DNA from: Candidatus Oxydemutatoraceae bacterium
Lineage (GTDB): Bacteria; Pseudomonadota; Gammaproteobacteria; Poriferisulfidales; Oxydemutatoraceae
DNA length: 64,000 bases
Assembly: GCA_965220085.1 (NCBI GenBank)
Contig: CBDCOZ010000002.1
Span: 1 to 64,000, forward strand
Reading direction: 5' to 3'
The first letter of the stretch is position 1. Each line of letters starts with the position of its first letter. The notes under the pieces were generated by a model. It was not told the origin of the DNA, did no database searches, and saw only the letters and a program-made list of their open reading frames with translations. The position numbers and the translations under genes are program-made. Below are positions 1 through 9,725 of this stretch, in pieces.

Positions 1-1668
1 AATGTCGCGGCGATTGACTCGGTTACCGGGGCGATTGCCTGCCACGACAGCCTCCGAAACACCGAATTCGGCGTCCGGCCGGGCGGGCGCTATGCGCACC
101 ATCACTTCGGCGCAACCCTGCAATACCTCCCGCAACGGACGGAGGCAAACAAGGATGCCTGCTTTGTGTCGCATTGTCCGGACGGGAAAGAGCCGTCCGG
201 ATTCAATATGAACGGCGAAACCGAATGCAAGACTCTGCCGGTGACGGTTCGCGCCATAGCGATGCCGGCAGAGGGCGGGAGCGCGACCATTATGGGCGCG
301 ACCACCGCCTCGGTAGCTCTCAACACCACCGCAACCATCGTCGCCACTCCGGCAAGGGGATGGTATGTCGAGCGATGGGAGGGCGACGACGGCGCCTGCG
401 ACGGACAAACCGGCGGGTTTGGAAGTTCCGGAGCCGCGGACACCGACGAGAAATCTTGTTCGTTGCCCGCCGCCGCCGGACTGACTGTGACGGCGCATTT
501 TGCATCGGCGCTGTGTGTCTACAGCGACCTTCCGGAGGGACTGCAAACCGATTTGGTCTCTCAGCAAGTTGCCGCCTGCAACGCGAAAGGATGGGGCGCG
601 CGAAAACACACTGTCCTCGGAGTCACAACATGCCACTGCAACATCAAAGCGTGGGACGGACAACACGGCGACGCCGCCCGACGATCGTGTTTGGACGGCA
701 CCATTGAGCCGTTCAGAACCTCCTCCTTTTCCCCGCGTGGGTCCGCGGACTCCAACACGGTCGCCACATATCACTTCGGCGCAATGCTGCAACACCTGCC
801 GCAACGGACGGAGGAGAACCGGGACGATTGCTTTGTCGCGCGATGCGCGGACGGGGCGGAACCGTCCGGATTCAACACCGACGGCGAAACCGAATGCCTG
901 GCGGCAAGCGCGCAGGTGTGCCGGGATTTGACGCCGACGAAACACTTTGACGGCGGCGCCTGCGTGGAAAGCTGCGCGATGGCGGCGACATTGAACCCGA
1001 CAACGAATACGTGCGAATGCAACGCGCCGAATATGGGGACGGCGCAGGATTGCAACGCGCCGAGTCCGCAAGTGTGCCGGGATTTGACACCGGCAAAGTT
1101 CTTTAACGGGATGGCCTGCGTTGATTCTCCTTCGTGCGTTCCGCCGACGACATTGAACCCGACGATGAATGTGTGCGAATGCAACGCGCCCAACGAAGGA
1201 ACGGTTTCGGATTGCAGTGCGCCGAGCGCGGAAGTGTGCGCGGGATTGATGCCGGCGGAGTTCTTTGACCAGACGGCGATGGCATGCGTTGATATTCCGG
1301 TTTGCGCCGGGGCGGCGACATTGAACCCGACGACGAATGTTTGCGCATGCAATGCGCCCAACATAGGGACGGCTTCGGATTGCAGGGCGCCAAGCGCGCA
1401 AGTGTGCGGGGATTTGACGCCGGCGAAACATTTTGACGGAATCGCTTGTGTGGAAGACTGCGCGATGGCGGCGACATTGAACCCGACGACGAATGTTTGC
1501 GCATGCAATGCGCCCAACATAGGGACGGCGCAGGATTGCCGCGCACCGAGCGCGCAAGTGTGCGCGGGTTTGACGCCGGCGAAACATTTTGACGGCAGTG
1601 CCTGCGTTGATGCGCCCGCCGACATCAACCTGCGCCTGCGCATCTTCCTGGAAGGCCCGTTGCGATAA
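1..1668 (+). CDS. Cys-rich modular secreted protein, 5'-truncated by the window edge (two CxxxGW variable domains, InlB-B/Flg_new-like domain, Cys repeats, C-terminal INLRLRIFLEGPLR tag)
   Basis: Frame is open from base 1 (NVAAIDS...FGATLQYLP) into the 166..1668 ORF. Paralogous to the ORFs at 19.5 and 23.1 kb. Ends DINLRLRIFLEGPLR*. Confidence 0.8.
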   Translation, partial: NVAAIDSVTGAIACHDSLRNTEFGVRPGGRYAHHHFGATLQYLPQRTEANKDACFVSHCPDGKEPSGFNMNGETECKTLPVTVRAIAMPAEGGSATIMGATTASVALNTTATIVATPARGWYVERWEGDDGACDGQTGGFGSSGAADTDEKSCSLPAAAGLTVTAHFASALCVYSDLPEGLQTDLVSQQVAACNAKGWGARKHTVLGVTTCHCNIKAWDGQHGDAARRSCLDGTIEPFRTSSFSPRGSADSNTVATYHFGAMLQHLPQRTEENRDDCFVARCADGAEPSGFNTDGETECLAASAQVCRDLTPTKHFDGGACVESCAMAATLNPTTNTCECNAPNMGTAQDCNAPSPQVCRDLTPAKFFNGMACVDSPSCVPPTTLNPTMNVCECNAPNEGTVSDCSAPSAEVCAGLMPAEFFDQTAMACVDIPVCAGAATLNPTTNVCACNAPNIGTASDCRAPSAQVCGDLTPAKHFDGIACVEDCAMAATLNPTTNVCACNAPNIGTAQDCRAPSAQVCAGLTPAKHFDGSACVDAPADINLRLRIFLEGPLR

Positions 1669-1724
1669 CTCGCATCACTCCGCCCAAACCAACTGTGAGG
1701 ATGCCTCCTTGCGGGAGGTTTGCG

Positions 1725-2095
1725 ACATCTATAATGTAGTCATGTCTTCTAAAAGTAATCACCCTCCTTTGCGGGGGTTTGCACATTGCCCGCCGTAAGC
1801 GCTCGCAGGAGTCGGCAAGCCACGGGGGCTGACAGCAGGTAGCTTTGTAACATTTATAATGTGGTCGTGCCTTCTAAATGTAATCATGCCTCCCTGCGGG
1901 GGTTTGCACATTGCCGCCGTAAGCGCTCGCAGGAGTCGGCAAGCCACGGGGGCTGACAGCAGGTAGCTTTGTAACATTTATAATGTGGTCGTGCCTTCTA
2001 AATGTAATCATGCCTCCTTTGCGGGGGGTTTGCACATTGCCCGCCGTAAGCGCTTGCAGGAGTCGGCAAGCCACGGGGGCTGACTGGCGGGTAGC
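1725..2095. repeat. ~124-bp tandem repeat (about 3 units) downstream of the tag
   Basis: TATAATGT(A/G)GTC(A/G)TG(T/C)CTTCTAAA recurs at ~1730, ~1855 and ~1979. Units share GCAGGAGTCGGCAAGCCACGGGGGCTGAC. Confidence 0.85.
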
Positions 2096-2275
2096 CTGTG
2101 GCGACAACTCCTCCGACACGCCCCGCAGGCGCAGGTGTGCGCCCCCAAGACTCGGTTGCGCCCGCAGGCGGGTGTGCGGCATCCGGCACAATAAAATGAG
2201 GGCCATACAAAGTTCGCACCCCGCAGGCGCAGGTGTGCGTGTTGCTCGGATGCCCTTGCGGGGGCTTGTTGCATG

Positions 2276-2452
2276 CCATATTCCGATGTGTGGTATACTC
2301 GCGTCCTCGGGGCGAGCAAACATTCCTCAGGCTTGCCCCGTCCGCCGCCATTACGGTGTCTGGTATACTGGGGGCCTCGGGGTGGGCAAACTTACTCCTT
2401 AGGTTGGTTCGCCTCGTCCGTCACCATTACGGTGTTTGATATATTGGTGTCA
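2276..2452 (+). promoter_or_regulatory. Tandem TGGTATACT (extended -10-like) plus hairpin array, 2 full units and 1 terminal unit
   Basis: Units are tggtatact..cctc-GGGG(C/T)G(A/G)GC-loop-G(C/T)T(T/C)GCC(C/T)C-gtcc. Same family at 19273 and 22705. Confidence 0.55.
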
Positions 2453-2468
2453 TTATGATTGAAGTCTT

Positions 2469-4779
2469 ATGCAAGACCTGATTAAAAAGCTGATCAAAAA
2501 GTTGCCCGCGAGTTGTCTGCAAACAGAACCGATGCGCATGAAGTCTCTGCCTGCAAAACAAGGGCTTCCATCGGCACAGCAAGCGTTTCCATATGCCCCC
2601 CCCCCCCCCCCCCCCCCTGATTTTTGCTAGGGTTTGCGCGGTGATGCTCGCTTGCGCCAGTGTCTTCGCCACGAGTAGCGCCCACGCGCAAGCCAACAGC
2701 TGTGCGGCGGTCATCCACGGCACCGAATGCATGGACGCATGCCCCGCCGGATTCACCGCCACAACCCAAGACCGCGTGTGCGTTGAGACCGCGCACATCG
2801 ATGGCGCAAACAAATGCGAAGCCAAAGGATGGACAACCCGACTGACGTTTAACTTCGGTCTTTCCTTTTCCCTTTGCGACATAAAAACCGGCAACCTGAC
2901 ATCAACCAGGGACGTTTGCAGTTTTGGCGCCGGCGGCGGCGGCAGTTGCGTTTTTCGTTTCGGTCCGGATCTTAACTTTCCGCAGCGTCCGGCGGACGAC
3001 CCGGCGACGGCGGAAGACGAGAGCGACCCGCGCTATGTATACAACTGCGACACGGACGGAACCACCGGCCACCTTCCGGCGCGTTTCGTTGATGGGCGGA
3101 CGATGTGCGAATGTCCCGCCGGGGCGACAGAAAACGCAGATGGCGTGTGCACATGTCCGGCGCAAACCGTCCCGCTGGGCGAGGCTTGCCTTCCCAACAC
3201 GCCGGAAAACAGATGCAAAGCGGCGGGATGGACGGTCTCGGCCGACAACCAATGCGTCGTCCCCATCGCCTCTCCGGACGACGGTGATGCAAACGGATGC
3301 TTTTTGACCGGCAACGGCAGTCCGCAATGCGCCGATGTGTTCGGACTGGAGCTGTCGTTTCCAAGCCCGTCGACCGACTCCGCCGCGCGGTTTGTCTACG
3401 ACTGCGGTCTGGACATGATCCCGCCGCGCGCAAACACCGACGGCGCGACCGAATGCGCTCCCGACCCGCAAGCGTGCGCATTCGGCGATTTGGAATTTGT
3501 CGCACATACCAGCACACAGAGCAGGGCGCAAATTTCCATGCAGTTTGATGTCTGCGCGGAGAAAGGATGGCAGGCGAAAAAGCATCCCGATTTTGACTCC
3601 GTCTTTAGGGCTTGCTACTGCGACATAAAAGCATGGGATGTGGAACGCCATGACGCGTGCCCCGACCCCGTCCTTTCCTCCCGCTTCAGCCTTGCGGGCA
3701 ATACCGCCCTGCGCTACTACTTCGGCCCGACTCTGGAGTATCTGCCGCAATGGACGGCGGAAAACGCCGATGATTGTTTTGTGGCCTATTGTCAGGACGG
3801 GACGGAGCCGGCCGGGTTCAACACCAACGGCGCGACCGAATGCCAAACGCCCAGCGGGGAAGTTTGCGGCAGTTTGGATCCGCCGCAGGTTTACAACGGG
3901 TTTGTTTGCGTTGCGACGTGCTCGGCGGAGGCGACATTGGACGAGGCGACGAATACGTGCGAATGCAACACGGGCAATGCGGCGGACTGCCGAGTGCCAA
4001 GCACGGAGGCATGCGCGGATTTTACGCCGCCGCGGTTTTACAACGCGGGCGCGGCGCGGTGCGAACCGTTTTTAACCTGCGAACATCCGACGGAATTGCG
4101 CACGACGAGCAACACCTGCGAGTGCGTTTCTCCGTATGTCGGAACGCCTCCTGGTTGCCAGATGCCGTCGCCGGCGGTTTGCGGGGAATTGAGCGGGCCG
4201 CAGTTTTTCGACGGGACGACCTGCGTCGCCGGTAACCGATGTCCGGCGACAACGCACGCCAACACGGAGTCGCGCCGATGCGAATGCAACGATCGGGGCA
4301 AGGTTTACGACGCCGCGGCACAGGCTTGCGTTGCTGCTATTTCGTGTGCTGCGCCGGCGACATTGAGCGCGGAGACGGGCCAGTGCGCATGCGCTTCGCC
4401 CAACGAAGGGACGGCTTCGGATTGCCGCGCGCCGAGCGCGGAAGTGTGCGCGGGATTGATGCCGGCAAAGTTCTTTGATGTTGGCACGATGGCGTGCGTG
4501 GATGTTGCGCAATGCGCCGGGGCGGCGACATTGAACCCGACAGCGAATGCTTGCGCATGCGCCGCGCCCAACATAGGGACGGCTTCGGATTGCAGGGCGC
4601 CGAGCGCGGAAGTGTGCGCGGCGCAGACACCGGCAAAGTTTTTTGACGTTGGCACAACGGCTTGCGTTGATGTTGCGGAATGCGCCGCGCCGATGGTACT
4701 GGACGAGGCGACGAATACATGCGTGTCCGCCGACATCAACCTGCGCCTGCGCATCTTCCTCGAAGGCCCGTTGCGATAA
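2469..4779 (+). CDS. Cys-rich modular secreted protein with poly-C tract in its leader (likely phase-variable; main ORF 2593..4779)
   Basis: Leader MQDLIKK...PYAPPP from ATG 2469 joins the main ORF if C22 (2596-2617) is C21. Signal-peptide-like VMLACASVFATSSAHA-Q. Three CxxxGW-type domains. Ends DINLRLRIFLEGPLR*. Confidence 0.75.
2596..2617 (+). repeat. Poly-C homopolymer (C22), slipped-strand switch candidate
   Basis: Counted directly. Homologous position to the tracts at 19642 and 23119. Confidence 0.85.
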
Positions 4780-4884
4780 CCCGCACCGCTCCGCTCAAGC
4801 CGTCGGCGCGTCCCGTTTGCTTCCTTCGTCGCATGGGCTTCTTGAACAGCGGTCTGCGGTCGCGACCGACTCCGGCGCGGCAAG

Positions 4885-5036
4885 GGATAAACGGCGACGA
4901 CGCCCGACAATCGTGTTTGAGCGGCTCCTCGGAGCCGTTCAGAACCTCCTCTTTCACGCGCATGGAAGCATAAATTCCAACACGGCCGCCACATTTTACT
5001 TCGGCGCAACGCTACAACACCTGCCGTAACGGACGA
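4885..5036 (+). pseudogene. Silent fragment of the variable CxxxGW domain
   Basis: Translates NGDDARQSCLSGSSEPFRTSS/FHAHGSINSNTAATFYFGATLQHLP*RT with a frameshift and a stop. Homologous to ~665-810 and ~20865-21010. Confidence 0.7.
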
Positions 5037-5142
5037 CAGGGGGATTGCATAATTGGGGGGAAACGCGTATGATTCTCGCTTCAATGGAGACGCACGAGTG
5101 AAAACCGCGCACAACCGCCAAACAAGCAAATGGGCGGAGAAA

Positions 5143-6810
5143 ATGCTCCGTGTCCTCGCGCTCGCCAGCACACTCGCCGCCGTCGTCATCGCGCAACCCG
5201 CGCTCGCGCATACCGACGAATGCGCCGCAGGAGAAACCGCCATCGTCGGAACCGACACCTGCATCGCCGACAACCTCCTGGAATTCGGGGACTGGTGCGA
5301 AAACCAAAACGGAGTGCTAAGCGACCACCTGCGCTTTCCCACTAACGCCCCCGGAAAACGATGCTTCATCACGGGAGACGCCGTCGACGGCGCCGGCCGC
5401 GCCGACTGCGCCCCGTTTGTCTGGATCTCGAACGGAACTTATGTTCCGCCCTCCGAAGTGGTCTCGGTCCCCTTTCTAAATTGCTGGATAGCCAACGACG
5501 CAACCACTTCCGCCTGCCCCAGCGGTGGGTCATACTCCGCCGATTCGCATTCCTGCGTTTGTCCGACGGGGAAGGCGGAGTCCGACGGGGTTTGCAGATG
5601 CACGGGAGGGAAGTTGGACGAGGGCGATGCCTGCGTTGACTCATGCACGGGCGACAATTTGGAGGAGGACGGCTATTGCGTCGCATCGTGTTCGGCGAAC
5701 AATCCGCTGACGGAGAACGGCGCCTGCGTCGCCTCGTGTTCGGTGGCGGAGGAGAACGGCGCCTGCGTTTCCGAATGTTCGGCGGACAATCCGCTGCTGG
5801 AAAACGGAAACTGCGTCGCATCGTGTTCGGCGAACAATCCGCTGACGGAGAACGGCGCCTGCGTCGCCTCGTGTTCGGTGGCGGAGGAGAACGGCGCCTG
5901 CGTTTCCGAATGTTCGGCGGACAATCCGCTGCTGGAAAACGGAAACTGCGTCGCCTCGTGTTCGGCGAACAATCCGCTGACGGAGAACGGCGCCTGCGTC
6001 GCCTCGTGTTCGGTGGCGAAGGAGAACGGCGCCTGCGTTTCCGAATGTTCGGCGGACAATCCGCTAACGGAGAATGGCGCCTGCGTTTCCGAATGCACCG
6101 CACCCAACGAAGAGACGGGTTCGGATTGCAAAGCGCCGAGTACGCAGGTTTGCGCGGCTTTGACGCCGGCGAAGTTTTTTGACGTTGGCACGACGGCCTG
6201 CGTGGATTTTCGTTCCTGCGATGCGCCGATGGTATTGGACGAAGCGACGAATACGTGCACGGTGCCGAAGTTGCGGATTGCGGACACCGATACGAGGGGC
6301 GAGGCCAACACGGCGACGATAGCGGAGGACGCAACGACAGGCACAGCGATAGCGGGTGTGACGCTGGTGGCGACCGATGAGGGTGGCAATACCGTAAGCA
6401 GCGCGACCTGGAGCCTGACCGACTCGAATAATCCCGCCTTGTTCACAATAAACAGCACCAACGGCGCAATCACTTTGGCAACGAGCGGCAAGCCGGACTA
6501 CGCAACCACGCCCACCCATAGCGTAACGGTAACCGCCGCCGCCGACGGTTATGAGCGCGCCGAACTGACACTGACAATCAATGTGCTGAGCGCACAAGCT
6601 TGCGCGGCTTTGACGCCGGCGCAATTCTTTGACGAGACAGCGGCGGCCTGCGTTGACATTCCGGTTTGCGCCGCACCGGCGACATTGAACCCGACGATGA
6701 ATGTGTGCGAATGCGCCGCGCCGATGGTATTGGACGAGGAGACGAATACGTGCGTGTCCGCCAACATCAACTTGCGCCTGCGCATCTTCCTTGAAGGCCC
6801 GTTGCGATAA
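5143..6810 (+). CDS. Cys-rich secreted protein with 45-aa tandem repeats, cadherin-like domain and C-terminal tag
   Basis: Signal peptide MLRVLALASTLAAVVIAQPALA-H. 135-bp repeats at 5677-6096. Cadherin-like segment (IAEDATTGT..ATDE..FTINSTNGAITL..DY..SVTVTA). Ends NINLRLRIFLEGPLR*. Confidence 0.8.
   Translation: MLRVLALASTLAAVVIAQPALAHTDECAAGETAIVGTDTCIADNLLEFGDWCENQNGVLSDHLRFPTNAPGKRCFITGDAVDGAGRADCAPFVWISNGTYVPPSEVVSVPFLNCWIANDATTSACPSGGSYSADSHSCVCPTGKAESDGVCRCTGGKLDEGDACVDSCTGDNLEEDGYCVASCSANNPLTENGACVASCSVAEENGACVSECSADNPLLENGNCVASCSANNPLTENGACVASCSVAEENGACVSECSADNPLLENGNCVASCSANNPLTENGACVASCSVAKENGACVSECSADNPLTENGACVSECTAPNEETGSDCKAPSTQVCAALTPAKFFDVGTTACVDFRSCDAPMVLDEATNTCTVPKLRIADTDTRGEANTATIAEDATTGTAIAGVTLVATDEGGNTVSSATWSLTDSNNPALFTINSTNGAITLATSGKPDYATTPTHSVTVTAAADGYERAELTLTINVLSAQACAALTPAQFFDETAAACVDIPVCAAPATLNPTMNVCECAAPMVLDEETNTCVSANINLRLRIFLEGPLR
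6114..6252 (+). repeat. 139-bp direct repeat, copy 1 (copy 2 at 9133-9271)
   Basis: Visual alignment gives about 5 mismatches. Confidence 0.85.
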
Positions 6811-6934
6811 CCCGCACCACTCCGCTCTGGCGCCGGGCGCGAACACAGACACGCCGAGGAACTTGGCGAAGTCGGTGACGGCGAAGTGAGCGAAACCGTT
6901 TCCCGTCTGGCGCACTTTTGATTTTGCCGGCCTG

Positions 6935-6943
6935 TGATATAAT
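6935..6943 (+). promoter_or_regulatory. Extended -10 promoter (TGATATAAT), probable leaderless MTase mRNA
   Basis: Perfect TGnTATAAT ending 6 nt before ATG 6950. No SD sequence. Confidence 0.55.
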
Positions 6944-6949
6944 GCGGCC

Positions 6950-7984
6950 ATGACAACACGGCGCCCCCAGAAAAACGCCTCCATTCTGTCCCTGTTTTCC
7001 GGCTGCGGAGGACTGGACTTGGGCTTCATGGGCGGCTTTCGCTTTCTCGGCAAAACCTACCCCCGCCTGCCCTTTCAAGTGGTCTGGGCGAACGACATTG
7101 AGCCGACGGCATGCGAGACCTATCGGGCGAATCTCGGCGGGGACATTGTCTGCGGCGACGTCCACGACCACCTTGCCGACATTCCGTCCGCGGACGTGGT
7201 GATTGGCGGCTTCCCCTGTCAGGATGTCTCCATCAACGGCAAGGGGCTGGGCGCGGACGGCGAGCGCACCACGCTTTACGGGGCGATGATTCAAGCCGTC
7301 CGCAAGGCGAGGCCCCGCGCGTTTGTGGCGGAAAATGTGCGCGGACTGCTGATGACGCGGCACGACGGACTGCGAAAGGCCATCATCGCCGGATTCGCCG
7401 ACTTGGGATACCGGCTGGATGTTGACTTGTATCTCGCCGCCGACTACGGCGTCCCGCAGATGCGCGAGCGGGTTTTCATTGTCGGCACCAGAAAGGACGG
7501 GAGGCCGTTTGCGCCGCCCTCGGCGCCGCTTTCCCGCGGCAACTGGATTACCGCCCGCGCCGCGCTGGAGGATTTGGAGGGCGCGGAGGAGGGCGCCGTT
7601 GCCAACCACATTTGGAGCAGGGCGAAGCGCGGCGCGGAGCAGGGAAACCGGACGCTGAAAGCCGACCGCCCCGCCGCCACCATCCGCGCCGAATGCCACG
7701 GACACATTCAGTTTCATTACGCCCTGGACCGCCGCATTTCCATGCGCGAGGCGGCCCGGTGCCAGTCCTTCCCCGACCATTTCGCCTTCAAGGGCGGCAT
7801 CCGGCAGATTGAGCGGCAGATTGGCAACGCCGTGCCGCCGGTGATGGGCTGGCACATGGCCAAGTCGGTGCTTGCCGCGCTGGCATGGCCCGCGAAGAAT
7901 TTGAGGCCTTTCTGGACGAGGAGCAAAGCGCCTCGGCCGGGATGTTCGCGACAGCCGCAAATACCACGAGGCGGGGGCCTTTGA
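6950..7984 (+). CDS. dcm: DNA (cytosine-5)-methyltransferase
   Basis: Motifs FSGCGG (I), GGFPCQ (IV), ENV (VI), QxRxR (VIII), REAARCQSFP (IX) and QIGNAVPP (X). Confidence 0.95.
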   Translation: MTTRRPQKNASILSLFSGCGGLDLGFMGGFRFLGKTYPRLPFQVVWANDIEPTACETYRANLGGDIVCGDVHDHLADIPSADVVIGGFPCQDVSINGKGLGADGERTTLYGAMIQAVRKARPRAFVAENVRGLLMTRHDGLRKAIIAGFADLGYRLDVDLYLAADYGVPQMRERVFIVGTRKDGRPFAPPSAPLSRGNWITARAALEDLEGAEEGAVANHIWSRAKRGAEQGNRTLKADRPAATIRAECHGHIQFHYALDRRISMREAARCQSFPDHFAFKGGIRQIERQIGNAVPPVMGWHMAKSVLAALAWPAKNLRPFWTRSKAPRPGCSRQPQIPRGGGL

Positions 7985-8807
7985 AAATCATGTCCTGCGG
8001 GTGATGCAGGAGGTCGCCCACCGGCGCGGACTGCGAATCAATCCGACCAACCACCCCCACGCCTTCCCCGACATCAAGGCCGACGGATTCGGAGTGGAGG
8101 TCAAAAGCACCCGTCAGGACAATTGGAGCGCGCCGGCGAACAGCATTCTGGAGTCCATGCGCGACGAGGACGCCGTCCACCATGTCCGCATCTCGCACGC
8201 CCCGCGCTTTGTCGTCGGCATGGACACGCCGCAAGGCGGCTCCCTGTTCGACAAAATCGGCGTGACATACGAGGAGTTTGCGCGGAAAACCCCGTCGGAA
8301 AAAATGGAGGAGGTGCGGAAATACGCCCGCAGCCGCCTACAGCCGGGGGAGCGGCTGTGGTGGCTGGAGGAGCATCACGCGGTTGACTTGGAAATCCGCC
8401 GCTTTCAGGAATTGGACGACGCGAAAAAGCGGCAAGTTCGCGCCGAAGCCGCCGCGCTTTGCCCCGAAATTGTGGGGCCCGCCCGACAACAAAACAAATA
8501 CGACGGGGCCCTCAAATTCCTTGTCGCGTATCACGGCGTCTTGGCGGCCCGCGACATGTTCACGGCGGGAAGTGTCGGCGCGCCGGACGGACATCGGGGC
8601 GGGGGATATATGCAAAACAGTTTGACGGACATTCAGGCGGAGATGATAACGGCGTTTCAGGAACTGGACGGCAAACTCTTTGAGGAATACTGGCCGCGCG
8701 GGACGGACATCCCCGACAACGCGGAGGGGCGAAAGCGCCAATGGCTCGCCCTCGCCGACGAGATGGCGCAAGGGGAATGGACCCCGTCCGACATCCTGTT
8801 TCGCTAA
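7885..8807 (+). pseudogene. Putative type II restriction endonuclease (PD-(D/E)xK), frameshifted near 7920
   Basis: FPDI...FGVEVK motif in ORF 8001..8807. Its frame extends upstream (KRLGRDVRDSRKYHEAGAFENH), while the plausible start MAREEFEAFLDE at 7885 is in another frame. Adjacent to the MTase. Confidence 0.6.
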
Positions 8808-8856
8808 CCCCCCGCGCCCCCGACAAATTCGGGCCGGATTGGGACTGCGGCGCGCC

Positions 8857-9015
8857 CTACGCAAAATACGCAATCGCCCCAATCACCGCCGACGCCGCGC
8901 ACATCGCCAAACCCAAAAAGCGCAACTGTCCCGGCGCCATCTCGCTCATCTGCGCCATCCGACGCCGAAAGAAATCCGGCCACAACAGCGGAACTGCCCC
9001 CTGCTTCATGGACAT
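8857..9015 (-). pseudogene. DUF2065/YjeT-like small membrane protein fragment
   Basis: Hand translation MSMKQGAVPLLWPDFFRRRMAQMSEMAPGQLRFLGLAMCAASAVIGAIAYFA* resembles the C-terminal part of DUF2065. Confidence 0.45.
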
Positions 9016-9109
9016 AATACGGTCCCCTTTCATCCCAGACTTCGGTGAATTGGAGACAGCCCTGAGCAGGCGCGATTTTCAGGTATTGGAATGGATGCAA
9101 GGCCAATAC

Positions 9110-9334
9110 GCATGCCATGCGCCAAACATCGTGACGGGTGCGGATTGCAAAGCGCCGAGTACGCAGGTTTGCGCGGCTTTGACGCCGGCGCGGTTTTTTG
9201 ACGTTGGCACGACGGCCTGCGTGGATTTTCGTTCCTGCGATGCGCCGATGGTATTGACCGAAGCGACGAATGCATGCGTGTCCGCCGACATCAACTTGCG
9301 CCTGCGCATCTTCCCGGAGGGGTCGTTGCAATAA
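9110..9334 (+). pseudogene. Orphan C-terminal relic of the Cys-rich family with degenerate tag (INLRLRIFPEGSLQ)
   Basis: Near-identical to 6114-6252, then a tag with 3 non-synonymous changes. No signal peptide. Confidence 0.75.
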
Positions 9335-9725
9335 CCGGCATCACTCCAAGCCAACCATGATGACGCCTTGCGCGGGCTTTGCGACACTTATAATGTGGCC
9401 GTGTCTTCTAAAAGCGATCACTCCTGCCGGAGTTTGCTACCGTCCGAATTGCGAATTGCGCGGTGATGGCGATTACGCCTCCTTGCGCAGGCTTGCGCAA
9501 ACGTGCCGACACGAATACGCCCGCGAAGGGAGTGCGCACGGCTACGCAGGCTTGCGCAAACGCGCCGACAGGGACGCACCCGCAAGAGAGTGTTATGCTA
9601 CAATCCGATTATTGTGGCAGGGCGGACAATGCGCCCCCACAAAGGAATGTTCGTTAGCGCGAGCCAGTGAGTGCGAGCGCTCCCCCCGCGAGAGGAGAGG
9701 GTGGACAGAGGCAAGAAAGATATAA

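Noticed and set aside
1621-1668. Tag-coding DNA as a site-specific recombination site (attC/shufflon-like)
   Set aside because: Variation is synonymous, pointing to protein-level constraint; there is no palindrome and no recombinase nearby.
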